A stretch of DNA of 53,394 nt, the filler included, from Bipalium vagum (Eukaryota): assembly GCA_037834085.1 (NCBI GenBank). It is 3 parts of 3 records of this genome, joined end to end, with 100 filler letters (N's around TTAATTAATTAA, not from the genome) between each part and the next. Parts side by side here need not be neighbours in the genome. Positions count along the whole stretch, not along the records: positions 1 to 19,177 come from JBBMKC010008367.1; 2 more parts are not named here. One strand, given 5' to 3'. Positions 1 to 13,020 of this stretch are shown here, one piece after another. Below the pieces are notes generated by a model. That model had not been told where the DNA came from. It was given only the letters and a program-made list of their open reading frames with translations, and searched no databases. Each line of letters begins with the position of its first letter. Positions within the stretch are counted from its first letter, which is position 1. A program made the position numbers and the translations under genes.

Positions 1-129
1 ATCTCAGTTCCTATATTCTTACGTAAATATTTTTTTACATTTATAATATATTTAACAATATCAATTTGATCACAAGTGGACTATTGTAAATACCTTTAAA
101 ATAAAAAACGGAATTAAACAATTGGATAG

Positions 130-1009
130 ATATCAATTGTTTTTCCAGCATCAAAATATTTTTATCTGTTTTTCTCCTATAATCTTTTTGCTTCCTCGAC
201 GTCTAGTATGGCGGAGGAGCGCTTTTTGAATTTGAGGACTCTTTAAGCCAAGCTAGCAAAGATTAAAAACTAATATTTCCGGGACTTATCATTAATAATA
301 ATTTTGAAGTTTTTGAATTTGTTCAGCAAAGTATTGTAGAAGTTTTTGAATCTATATAAAAATATAACTTTTAAACTAATAATATTTAATTGTTTTGATT
401 TTGTCACACAAAAATATTAATTACAATTTTTTATTGAAAGTCATATTTACTATTTGGTTTATAAGTATCTGCACGCATTTACCTTAACCCAGTCGATTTA
501 AAAATAATCAAACGCAACCTCTTACATAATTTTAAAAAAAACGAACGTTATACTCTCTAAACCCTTCTGATAAAATTCATATTATACGAGCTACGTTAAG
601 TTTTAGATAGATATCTAAGGTTTAAGCAGGTTCTCTTAAACGTCAAAACTTAACATAATCACAAAGGATAATTTATGTTAGGTCAATTGTGATTGCGACC
701 GTTGGCTTGGTTGTTGTTTTGTCGGATTTGGTGGATCCTATCATTTTCCCCCTTTTGAGGACTTCTCGTCCCGAGAAGGTATTGAAGCGTTTTAGTAGCG
801 ACCATATTTATCCTCATAAATGACTGATACCATCTTAAACCTTTATGGTAATGAAAGAAATATTTGATTGTTTATTGTTTCCATTTGGCATTGATAATGG
901 ATGTCTTTTCCTAGAAATCTTCTTTCTGTCCCAGTACTATCCCTATCACTACCCCGCTGGCATCCGACATTAAAAGGAAAGGTTTAGAAAAATTCGGATA
1001 TCTTAATAC
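130..1009 (-). mobile_element. Gypsy-type LTR retrotransposon pol remnant (RNase H, decayed integrase region)
   Basis: Minus strand 1009-921 reads VLRYPNFSKPFLLMSDASGVVIGIVLGQKE, matching the Ty3/Gypsy RNase H start motif (PDFSKPFxLxxDAS...G.VL.Q). A decayed HKGLRW (TDHxxLxW) lies near 850, and downstream frames are broken. Confidence 0.7.
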
Positions 1010-1610
1010 CTTTATTATTTTGGAGTAACATTTGGTTTTTTATGTGATTATCTTTGATGCATGAAAATAATAAAAAATAAATAATAAATATTTTTTTATA
1101 TTTATATTTTATATAATTAAATTCATAAAATAATAATTAGTAATGTTGAAAAGACTTATTTACTTAAAATAAATAAAAAGGACTAAAAATAAATTATCGC
1201 TAGCAATGTTAATAAGATTTTTGGTAAAATTAGTAAATAATAAAATTAACCAATTAAAACAAATCTTACAACATTAAGTTGTGATTCTATAAATGGTTTT
1301 ATTTATTTTGTCTTTTTTTAAATTTTACTCATCCTGCTTTTGACCAGATTTTTAAACCATTTATTTCCAAATATTCCTTTCTCCTTGGATATAAACACGG
1401 TTGAAATTTGTTTGTTATTTTGTTTATTTCTCTAAAAAATATTTTATTTTTTTTAATATTATTACAGTATCTTCTGTAACACTATCTCCCATATTATTTT
1501 TATATTTTTCTAGATTTACTTCACGTGTTTATCCACATTTGTTAAAAATTTTCAATTAAATCATTATTCTAATCATAATTTTATTTTAATCATTTTATTC
1601 TTAGAACAAA

Positions 1611-2477
1611 ATGACATTATTTGAATTGATGGAAACATCGCAGTAAAGTGATGTTAGGAAAAATTGATTTTAAATAGACTCCATTTGTTCAAAATGTGGA
1701 AGTTTTACTTCCAATATCATAATATTTGATATTTCTAAAAATCGCTGCAAAAATTACAAATACTGAAAGATTATATCATTGACTAGTGGAACTATTTTCC
1801 ATAACGTTTCGCATTCCAATACGTTCGATACTATTCCTTATATATATTTTTGGTGCTGTGAAATAACCATATAACGGGCTTCATTTCAGCTAAAAAATTT
1901 CTACTGTTTCACAATGGTACGCACAAACTAGCAAATATATAAACATTATTTATGCTAAAAATCACCAAGGAATTATAGGAGCGAAACACAAATAATTGAA
2001 ATTAACAAAGCATTGATAGTAAAAAAAATGTCAACGTTGTCGAATCCTTCGTAATCAGAAATGCATTATTGGCGATGTTATTAGTGCTACAACTAAAGAC
2101 TGTTTTATCGAATATGTTGAGAATCAAAGTAGAAAAAGTTTGGTTGATGTCATCCGAAGTAGAGTTGCATCTGAATCAACTGTTATGACTGATTCGTGGA
2201 AAAGTTACTGCAATTTACCGGAATTTCTCCCAAATTATGGAATAAAATATTTCACAGTCAACCATTCTAAAATTTTTAATAATCCATTAAATAAGGATAT
2301 TCACACGCAATCAATTGAAGGTTTTTATAAAAAAACAAATCATGACATAAATAGCTACTTTGCTGAAATTTTGTATCGCCGTTTTTTTGGACAAAATGAT
2401 GATATTTTCTTTGAAAATTATTCTATATTTTTCTATCTATTTCTGAATAATTTTATATATATTTCTGCATAACCCTG
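1611..2477 (+). mobile_element. Decayed IS1595/ISXO2-family (Merlin-type) DDE transposase with a right terminal inverted repeat
   Basis: Broken frames give a CxxC (ICSKCGS), ETQIIEINKALIVKK...RILRNQKCIIG, then ORF 2140-2472 TVMTDSWKSY...TVNHSKIF...HTQSIEGF...SYFAEILYRR, the ISXO2 motif series. It ends in ...atttctgcataaccctg|TA at 2477. Confidence 0.8.
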
Positions 2478-4479
2478 TAACCTTCTCTGGAATTATCTTA
2501 TCTAACACATCGTAAATAAATTTAAAATAATTAATTAACCAGTCAGAATGCTTAAAATCTTAAAACTGGACTATATAAGTCCACCTTTAAAGCCATAAAA
2601 TTGCACAAATGTTTTCTGAACTAAAAGTCCACAGAATTCTAGTTTAAGGAAAACGAAAGTAACCAATTCATATCTAAAGGAAAAAAGACGAACTAAGAAT
2701 AGAACAAAAGTAAAAAATATAATTAAAATTTAATAATTAAAACATTGTTTTACATTATCTTTTTAAAATCCCCATCTTCTTTATAATTCTTTTTCCCATA
2801 AGACTACTCTACTATTCTTTAGGGTTAAGAGAACGATTTTCATACCACAGGACATCTTAGATTTTAGATAAAGATGTAAAATTTGTGTAAATAAATATTT
2901 GAAAAATCAATTGTTATTTTCTCTTATTTCTCTTATTATACGTACTTCCTTCAATAGGGGAGTTGGTGAGTCTTTAAGTAAACTTTTATAAAAACAGTAA
3001 TTTTTTATTTTTTGTTAACATACTCGGAACCTAGTAAAAGTGGTTTAATAGCGAGTGGCATAGTACCGAGGTGGTTGAATAACGAAATTTGGATGTATTA
3101 CTTTTTAAAGGATAAGATATATATAAAGTACTAAAAAAATTGGGCAGCAGTCATGTAAAATTATAACGGAATTTTGGTATTAGACAAGAAAATTTTACCA
3201 ATAATATTTAAATATTGCTTTTTTAATTTAATGGGATTTTACTAAAAATGCGACAAAATTATATATTAGGATAAACAGATTGCGAGGGTCTTACATGACC
3301 ATATTTACTTTAATTAGTGGTTTAATCTAATGACACACAAATATAATTTCTCAGACATAATTTGTAATACATAGATAATTCTAAAAATGTAATGGCTCAA
3401 CATAAGCGAAATTGATTACTAAATATAATACAAAACACAATTCAATTAAAATATTTGATAAAAGAACGGTGATTACTTAAGGAATTACTCAAAGTCGTCA
3501 ATGAAAATTCAGATTTTACAGTGGAAAGAAAAAACAAATATAGTTCAAAGATGAGAAAGACTTGTGATTATAGTCAATTGAAATAGTTTGCAATAGGTAT
3601 ATGGAACAGAAAAAATCAATGTTTTTCATAGAAGAACATGTATTAGCCCGTTAAGTGTGATGAACATGTCAACAACAGCTTAAAGTATGACAAAAATATT
3701 TGTTAGACTTTCTTGAATAAAAATTGTAAAATTTTTTATGGGAAAAAATTATATTAAATAGAAAATTAAAAGGGATTTTGATATTGTAAATGTAAAATTT
3801 TTAAGTTATAAAATATTTAAAATTATTTAAAACGGTTAAAACGAAAAACTCTATTTTAAAAAATAAACAAGAATGGTTAAAAGTTTTTTAAAACAAAAAT
3901 AAATATTAACTTTAAATCAACATAATTAATATCGACTTGATTGATTTTATTAAAATTAATAAATAAATTGATTTCTTTTATAAAAGTCAGTTCACTGGGT
4001 TTAATTAAATTTTCAAATGAATGTAATCGTTAATGTTTTACCATGATTAAAATCATTTGAAATTTTAATTAAACTCTGTGAAAAACCATGTATTAACGTT
4101 TGACTTGGATAGCCATAATATATTTTAAAATGTCGAATGGTGAAATTGGGAAACAGAACAAAATTTTAAATATTTTAATTAAAAATCAATATTTTTAGGA
4201 ACTTCTGGAAATTAATCAAAAATTAGTAACAATTTATTTTTAAAATATTGATGTTATTCAATTTGATTTCAAATAACAGGAAGTGTTTCAGCTTATATAT
4301 AATCGGCATTTTGTGCACATAAATAAGTCATGAACAATTTAATCATAAATAACATTGACAATTACATAATATAGATTACATAACACGCTTTAGTTGAAGA
4401 TAAATTTGAAGATAAACACGATGAAATATTCACAAAATTTGTTTAAATAACAGTTTTAAGTTGCGAAGCGCTTTTAGTC

Positions 4480-5772
4480 ATGGTTGAAAGTAATTTCTTG
4501 GATTTTATGAAATCCTTTGGGACCCACGTTGGTCTGGATGATGGTGTTGATATGTTAATCTTTCAGTTGACTCCATTCCTGTTCATATTTGCATCTCTCA
4601 TTGTCACTTGTGCGACATATTTTAACGATGCATTATCATGCTTTATTTCCTCATCTCAAAGTGGCAGTGGATTCGATAAGTACATTAATAATTATTGTTG
4701 GACAGAAGGAACAATTATACTACCGAATCAAAATGATATACCAAATTCGTTAAAGGAGTGGGAAGAAGCCAAAAAAGATGGTCACATCTATTATTACCAA
4801 TGGATACCTTTCTGTTTAGCTTTTCAAAGCATTTTATTACTTATTCCATACATATTTTGGAAATATGTTTATATGAATAAATCTGGTTGTGATTTTGCTG
4901 CCCTCTTGAAGAAAGCAAAAGATTCAAGGAACAAGAATGACGAAGAATCTACAGAATTAGTCAGAAAAATAGCAGAACATATGGAAAGAGTTATATATGT
5001 TCACAGAGACAACCGAACTACTGCTATTTCCAAAGTTAAACGAACATTTGCATCCTGGTTTGGATTGGCAATACCCAGCAAGAGACAGGCTACAAATCTT
5101 GTTTCTTGGTATTTGTTCATCAAAATCATCAGTTTGGGTATTTTGTTCTTGCAGATCTTTATAATTCAGTCGTTTTTTGGATTATGGAAATCGCCCTCAA
5201 AATTTATTATGGACTTATACAATGAAATTCTAGAAGGAAATACTCTTCACAATACAACTATGTTCCCAAAAGTCTCGTTCTGTCACTTGGGAAACATGAA
5301 AAATCCTGGATTCAACCACAACTCATATATAACTCAATGCATTTTGTCGGTCAACATGCTTTCTGAAAAAGTTTATTTGGTTCTATATGCTTGGATCTTG
5401 GTGCTGTCCGTTTTGGTATTTGGTAACTTACTTCTTTGGATCTCAAGATGCCTATTTTTTTCACAAAAACGGTTTATAAAGAATATCTTAAAATACGAGA
5501 ATTATAGCAGAAGTGATAAACATCTTATGCGTGGTTTCATAAAGGAATTTTTAAGACATAATAGTATATTTATTCTTCGTATGTTTCAATGCAATTTGGG
5601 CCCGTTATTTACAAATCAACTTATCAATCAATTATGGGTAATTTATAAAAAGAACTATTCAACAATGAACATGTCGAAAGCTTATCCCAAGGATCAAGAA
5701 GTTGATAATATGGTCACCTTAAATAAATTCAATGATGATATGTACATTGAAAAATTGAGTGGAATGTTGTAA
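4480..5772 (+). CDS. inx: Innexin (gap junction/pannexin-family channel), 430 aa, intronless
   Basis: Four hydrophobic segments; EL1 SC...NNYCW; the YYQW(I)PF signature; EL2 FPKVSFC...QCILSVNMLSEKVY; FILR motif in the C-terminus. Complete ATG-TAA ORF with TATA-like tatatataa near 4294 and AATAAA near 5777 and 5842. Confidence 0.96.
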   Translation: MVESNFLDFMKSFGTHVGLDDGVDMLIFQLTPFLFIFASLIVTCATYFNDALSCFISSSQSGSGFDKYINNYCWTEGTIILPNQNDIPNSLKEWEEAKKDGHIYYYQWIPFCLAFQSILLLIPYIFWKYVYMNKSGCDFAALLKKAKDSRNKNDEESTELVRKIAEHMERVIYVHRDNRTTAISKVKRTFASWFGLAIPSKRQATNLVSWYLFIKIISLGILFLQIFIIQSFFGLWKSPSKFIMDLYNEILEGNTLHNTTMFPKVSFCHLGNMKNPGFNHNSYITQCILSVNMLSEKVYLVLYAWILVLSVLVFGNLLLWISRCLFFSQKRFIKNILKYENYSRSDKHLMRGFIKEFLRHNSIFILRMFQCNLGPLFTNQLINQLWVIYKKNYSTMNMSKAYPKDQEVDNMVTLNKFNDDMYIEKLSGML

Positions 5773-8744
5773 TTCGAATAAAATTTTGAACCTTATTGAT
5801 TTTCTTATATTAAAGATTTTTTGCAATTAAATATTTGTTTAAATAAATAAGTTTCTGTGCAATTTTGTGTTTAAATATTTGTTTTCAGAGCAAATCTGTT
5901 TAGAAATTTTTGTTTATTGTAAGAAACAATGTAATTAACTAATTCTTAAATTAAAATGTATTTTATTTGGTTTTTTTGAGATTCACTTCCATATTAAAAA
6001 ATTTTAATAAAATATATATTGTCAATTTAAGAAATAAAATATTTTATTTATCAATTTTTGATTATTGATATTCACAATGTAGCTGATCAGTTTTGATTCG
6101 AAAATCTTAATTTTGTCAATGACTTTCAACGTGTTAATTTAAAATTTTTAGTTATTAATTTGACAACTAATAATGTTTACCAATTATAATTAGTCGATTT
6201 TGCTCTATTTTACAAGACGTGTGTTTGATCGTTTTAGTCGTGAATATACAAAAATCGTCTGATTTTTTATAAAGGATTCATTATTTTTTTTATTTATTTC
6301 TGAATAAGTGACCAAAAAGGATTTTTAATTTTATTATATCAGGTTGTGTAGTATGAAATTTGTAAAATGAAAAACAAAGGTTATTAATAAATTACAAAAT
6401 AAAAGAAACAATTGATTTATACTTTATCAGATTAAAATGATATTTTCAAACAAGACAGATATAAAATTTACCAACGCAAAATACAGAATGGTAAAATATC
6501 AAGCCGATAAGAAATAAACAATGAAAATAACAATTAAAGTTGGCAATTTCATTACCTACAAATTTCATACTACACAACCTGATAATTAAAAAATTATCTT
6601 TATTATGAAAAATTATTTTAACCGAAAAATCCATAATTTTTTAATCATTTCATCTTAAAATACTTTGATACGAAAATTATTATTTAAAATTGTCACTTAA
6701 ACATTATTTTTTTTTAGTAAGTCTTTGAATCTATCATTTTTAATGAAAACTAAAATTTACGAAGTATATTTTTTATTGTGAAACAAGAACAATTAAAAAT
6801 TGATTTTTGGTCCTCCTATCTAACTAGTGTGATGATAAAAAAGACTATTTTTGATTAAGTATAAATTGTTATCTAAAACTTATACAAATTGAAAAACCCA
6901 AACTAAATCTTTCTTGGACGTCTACACTCCTCTTAGTGTAGATAGAGTTCTGTTTCGAATAACATATTAGTGGAATACATAAGTTTCCATCGTTCTACAA
7001 TAAAGAAATTTTATTAATATATAAAAAATAACATGGTAAATTTAATCAAAATATTTTTTTTCGATTGAGTCGAATCTTTTTTTCAAAAGTATAGAGTGAA
7101 AATCGTAACGAAGATCTCCTATAAGAACAGATGTCTGAAGCAAAATATTGTTGCTAACAAGGTCGTTCTGCAAATCTGGTTTTAGATTTTCAAATAATCA
7201 TTAATTCTAGTTTATAAAACAGTATTTGCAAGAGAACTAACGAACCTTAACTTATATTTGAAGTACATCGTTTTCTGGATCGAATTTAAACAAATATGTA
7301 TATCGTGAAGGTTATAACACCGAAGTAGAGAGGAATTTTAATTACTTGAATCAAACTTATATCTACTCTTACACATGTCATAGTCTTTCTAAAATTTATC
7401 ATATGGTACCACTTATAAAAAATTTTTCTGCGGAAAACTCATCTAATTGAACTTTTACTATTTTTTCGGAGATAAAATATTCAAAAGGTCAGTAATCGAC
7501 TATTCATCAACGGGTTTCTCTTGATGTCTGTTACGGTGATCCCTAACAGTACATTTTTTTAAATAAGTTAGGTACGCAATGTTTTAAATTCAGAATTACT
7601 ATCGATTGGGTAAGTGGAGTTTCTATTCATTTCCTGGTGGCATATCGTTTTTCGTTGAGTCACATTTCTTCTGGAATAATCTAATTTTGCAGTGCATCAG
7701 GAATCCTTAACAGTTGTAAAAATTTCGATAAGAATTTGTTTAGTTAGTTTTAAATAACATTCTGTTCCCCTTCCTTTTCGACTTTCATGGTTTTGCGTAT
7801 CCGGTAGGAACTCCTCGTCTATTACTATTTACCTTGACATCTGGATAACAAGTACTTGTCCTGCGCTAAGGAATTTGATTGCAGTGATTTGGTGATTTTC
7901 ATTTCTCTTGTCTTACCGGTTATTGGGAATTGTTTCGACTGCAATGAATTACTTCATATCTTCTGGATTCTGGTTAAAACAGTGTATAACCTCTTCCACA
8001 TATCTTAATTCGGTTTACTGATTTGATCACATCACAAGCTCCTATGTTGAATCTGAATAATGGGAACATGGATAAGGGTTCATTTGGTTCTTACCTTATA
8101 AATTTCTTACCTTGTTTGGTTAAGTTCATATGGATTGAATCTGGTTATCACCTGAAATTGATGAGGATAAAAATAAAGATGACTGCTGTAGTGCCAGAGT
8201 ATTGAAATCTCTTGGATAGTGGAAGAATTGTTTTTCTTCACCATTCTCGTCAGAAATGACTCTTATCTTCATCGTCTATTGAAACCGTGTCTATTTCGAA
8301 CAACCCCTCAGAGAAGTAGGCTCTGCCGAAACTCTGAGGGTATTACATACACAGTTTTTTGCAAATGCATAAGAACCGTCCTTTTCAACCACCCTAGGAA
8401 ATGAATTAATGGGTGAGGAACTTTGATCGGTGTGGATAAAAATCCTATAGGAATTCCTCCTATAGTATCTAGTACTAATAACGGCGCAGCAAAAACAAAA
8501 ATACAGAAACTGATTTATTTCAAATCAAAGATTTGGTTGTCATTGACATATTGAAGTTTCAGATGTTTATCTTGGCTCTGTCCAAAATTTTTCCAGATAT
8601 TATGAGTGTTCTAAAACTTTCTGACAGCACAGTTCTCCATAATTATATTATTAGGTTGTGGCATAAGTTCTGCAGAACTTACAGAATAAATAAATTAATA
8701 ACAAAAATTTATTAAAGAAAATTTATTTATTTGGTTCCAAAATC

Positions 8745-9750
8745 ACGACTGCAAAATTTAGGAGCGAGAAAAGTGATGAATTTTTAGAAAAGCTGCAAAT
8801 ATCCGTTTATTAGCATCTAAAATTCGTATTTACCAGACATGTTCGACAGCTTTTGGTTAGTAAGAAAACCGTAAAATGGGAAAACCTTTGTAAAAACCGA
8901 AATTATTTCTGAACTACAAACAAAGAAGATCTGTTTTCGGAAAGATGTACATGATATGGGAAAGCATATGGGAATAGAAAATGAAAAAACGTAATTTTTT
9001 CAAATGAGAAAAAAATTTATTTAGATGGACCAGACGGTTTGCGATGTTATTGACACAATTTAAGAAAATGTGCAGAGGTGGCAATCAGTCAAAATTTTGG
9101 AGGCGGAAAATTTATGGTATGGGGGCTATCTTGCATAGACGACAGCTTCCATTAGCCGAGATTTCAAGTAAAATGAATGTTGGAAACGGATTTATGTCAA
9201 AATGGAAGGATTCATTTAAGGGATAATTTAACATTTCAGCAACACAAGGCTGCGGTCCATACATCGAAATTCACCAAATCATGGGTTTTTCAGAAAAATA
9301 TTAACTTGCTAGATTAACAGCCTGAACCCAATAGAAAATTTATGGGTCATTATCTCCAGGCGAGTGTATGAAAATTGAAAAAAATTTTCCTCTGCCAATG
9401 AACTTCGGGAGCCCATTTTTAAGGTTTGAAATAAAATTGAACCGGAGATTCTGCAGAATTTGGTGAAGTATATGAAAAAACGGGTTTTCGAATTAATTAC
9501 AAAAAAGGTAGCCATACACCACATTAATTTAATATTGTTTCCACAATATACCTAGAAAATTTTATGTGGATTTATAATTATCTCCGACCTGTTATTAATA
9601 AATTCTTAAAATCTCACATTTCTATGGTTTATTTCGAAATAATTTCGATACATTTCTATATTAGATAAATTTAAATAGCAGACCTATTTCTTTTTTAAAT
9701 TCCAGTAAGAAATGTAGTGGATTTATAATGATTTCCTCCAAATTATTGTT
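8745..9750 (+). mobile_element. Decayed Tc1/Tc3-like DD34E transposon
   Basis: Frameshifted motifs VIFSNEKKF.LDGPDG, GGGKFMVWGA, FQQHKAAVHTSK, LNPIENLW..ISRRVYEN. The subterminal motif GTGGATTTATAAT.AT.TCC occurs twice (about 9566 and 9717). Termini not resolved. Confidence 0.85.
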
Positions 9751-10473
9751 GAATAAATTTTTTAAAATAAAGTTGACTTTGAATTTTTTATTTAAAATAC
9801 GAAGACTTCACTAAACCAAATACAGTGAGCATTAATGCATCATATACACATACCCAAGCCTCAAATTTTTAATTGATATAAGAACCGCTTAATTAGTCTA
9901 TAAGTTTTGAAACTTTTTTACTAAGCTCATGAGTCCTTGAAACGAATTAACTTAAAAATAAATTTATTAGTGAAAAAAGTATTTGAAAATCAATATTATT
10001 TAAGTGTAGAATTTTTAAAATATTTATTTTTATTTTTATCGAATTTTTAAGATATTTTTCCCAAATTATTTTATACATTATAATTATTCATTTCCGCTAT
10101 AAGAGTCCATTTCATTTACAGCGTAAATTTTCCATTTCATTAATTTTGTAAAATTTCTTTAAACATTCAAGCTTCAATAATTTTATAACTTATTTCTATG
10201 GAATTCGGCTTTATTTATAAATTTTAACTTTTTTTAAATTGTCAGTAAATATATAAAGAAACTTAATTAAAATAAAAAATTCCTTGAATAAAAATTTTTT
10301 ATTATTTCTTAAATTTTCCTTGTCTAAATATAATTTACTTAAAAATATATTTTTGAACTCATAATTTTAAATTCAAATCCAATTTTTTATTATAAAAATT
10401 ATTGCACAATAATTAAGAATAATTAAACACCTTTGATTGGTTGTTTATAAGCTGGATACAAATCTGTTCATAA

Positions 10474-11900
10474 CACTACTCTACAAATTTAAACTTTTTT
10501 TGATCAGAGACGGTATTATAATAACATAGTGTATTTTTGCAGCTGATTACGAATATGAAGTCATTTTTCATGTAGGACACCTGGTTTAGTCAAAATTAGA
10601 TTTCTAAGAATAATAAGAAAAAGCACCTAATTTAAACAAAAAATTTTTTATTTACAATTAAACGTTTTCCTATGAGCTTTTTTACTATAAATAGTTGTGA
10701 AATTGTTACGCCTTAGAAGCCAGCAGTAGTCTGCCACCATGCTGACATTTCATCTACGCTGATACCTCTTCTCCATAATGACTTTGTACTGGTGAAATCG
10801 TTCACCATTCTCCTCCCTATAGGCTCCGTGGTTGCTAGGAATATCATTCAGGTGTGAGTTTAAGAAATGCATTTTTATACTCATTCTGCATCCTAGGACT
10901 TGAAAATCTTATATCATATTCCTGACTAAATTGTCGTGATCATCTGACTTGCGGTTTCCTAAAAAAATATGAATTACCTGAACTAATGAATTCCAAGCTT
11001 TAAGTTATATCTGATTCAACTTGGAAGAAAAGTTTATATCTTTAATCAATAGCCGAATTTGAGGACCTATGTCCTCTTTTAACTTTGCATCACTTATTTG
11101 TAGAAATCTGTTGGATAGGTATTCATATGCGGCACCATTTTTATTTATAAACGTTTTCATCATTCCTAACTTGATATGTAATGGAGATAACAATACCTTT
11201 TCTGCCTCTTTCAACGGCATTGCTTTGACGCTATGTTTACCAGGTATAAATTCAACTCTATTTGGTCAATGTTTTCTTGAATATTGTTTACTGTCTCACA
11301 GACACAGAAAGCATGAGAATTTTGAATAGCCACTCTGAAGGCCTAACAAATTTGCAAAGACTTTCAAATCTCCACAGATCAGCCATTCATGTTCTTTGTA
11401 CTTAATCAGCGATACATTTTTTCTAATTTTGCATAATTTTCTATTAGAGTAACGGAATGCGCAATTGGAAGTGATGAAACTTTGTTCCCATTGAAGCATC
11501 ACTCACTCAACATTAATCAAAATCCATATACCATACTAGTCCGTAAATGTCACAACAATAAACCATTTCACCCTCATTTTTAAAGTATTTGTGAAAAACT
11601 TGATCTCAGTATCGGTATCACGTACTTTTCATCAATAAATTTCACTCTCACAGTCTTGAACCCAACAAGTCAGCTGATACTTTTGATCTTTTATCAGTTC
11701 ATCATGTTCATCTTGTTTATATCAGTCACTTTAATCATGTAAAATAGTAGTCTGTGGAATGATTAATAAGTTCTCTCTAGATCATCGGCAATGCAAACGG
11801 CATAAATTCCACCCCATAATTATAATTAGTCTCCCTTATGCAAGAAACAGTATTTCATCACCAGTGGTCACAAAAATTTGAATTTAAATTAAAAATTATG
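10474..11900 (-). mobile_element. Chapaev3 (CMC superfamily) DNA transposon, decayed
   Basis: Minus-strand motifs MPFALPMI*RE, YKEHEWLICGDLKVFANLLGLQSGYSKFSCFLCL, LLSPLHIKLGMMK, ISDAKLKE..GPQIR. One end is TAA|CACTACTCTACAAATTTAAACTTTTT at 10471-10474 (TWA target plus CAC terminus). Family assignment is from recalled consensus motifs. Confidence 0.75.
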
Positions 11901-11949
11901 AATTTATGAACGTAAATGTATTACAGGAAATAACAGGCAATATTCCTAA

Positions 11950-13020
11950 AAGGGTGCAGCGCTAGAATCCGGAAAAATTTAAATTGAGATTTCTCTATTA
12001 TTAAAAATTATAAATTATTTAAATATATTTTGTTTATATCTATAATTTCAATATATTACATCGAATTGACTTTAAAATGGCAAATCTTAATGAGCACGAT
12101 AAAAGAGCTACCATCATCGAAAGCCTACATGCTGGAAGAACGTTCGCTGAAATAATAATTTTTTTATATGCAAAATCCAGTGGCAAAGAGAGGAGGCCAT
12201 GGTCGCTCCATCTGCACAAGTTTTTGCAAGATCTAACGATATGAGAAGGGAGGACCGGGGTACACCAATGCGGAAAGTGGCATCGTCTTGGAAATAAGTG
12301 AGAGAACAATGCGTCATTTGGCTGAGGAGAATCTAAGGATCTTACACTCGGAAAGTCCATCAGACCACCAAGCTAAAAAGAGTTTCCTGGTGCAAATTGC
12401 TTCTTCACTCTCTGAAATATTAAGCTTCTACCTCATCTGTTTTTTCTAATATGAAAAGATTTTCACTATGGATAAAAAAAGAGCAGAAGGAATGACCGGT
12501 GGCTTGCTCAAAGCCCCAAGAATGTGCCTGTGGCAGGAAAGAACAAATATCCAACTAGTGTCCATGTCTTCAATGTTTTTTTTTCAGAAGAGTAAAAAAT
12601 CAACAAGGAAGTTTTTTTTTAATGTTTTGATCACTACAGTAAAACCCTGGATGGAAACTGTCCTCAGTAATACCATATGTGTTTCAGATGCTCATACAAG
12701 TCGATTAGTTCAAAACTCGCTTGCAAACAATGTTGATATGTTTTGGTCAAAGGAATTATGGCCTCCTAAAAGTCCAGATCTTAACCCCTGTAATTGAAAG
12801 ACAGAAAAAAGTGTTCCTGCATCCTAATACCGACTCTCTTCGAGCTGCTATTGATGCCGAACTCAGAATTATTAACCATGAGCATCTAAAGAAAGCAAAG
12901 GTTTAGCAAATATGTTATCTATAAAAATTTCTATTAGTATTTCATTTTATTTATTGTACTATGATAAATATAACTTTGTCAAAAAAATGTATTTTGTCCG
13001 GATTTTAGCGTTGCACCCTG
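11950..13020 (+). mobile_element. Tc1/mariner DD37D (maT)-like transposon, internally deleted
   Basis: TIRs aGGGTGCAGCGCTAGAATCCGGA / TCCGGATTTTAGCGTTGCACCCTG|TA. Transposase remnants MANLNEHDKRATIIESLHAGR, RNDRWLAQ, VKPWMETV, FWSKELWPPKSPDLNP. Confidence 0.85.

Noticed and set aside
3020-3700. Possible pogo/Tigger end and N-terminus (MAQHKR...)
   Set aside because: Too degraded; no catalytic motifs or second TIR found.
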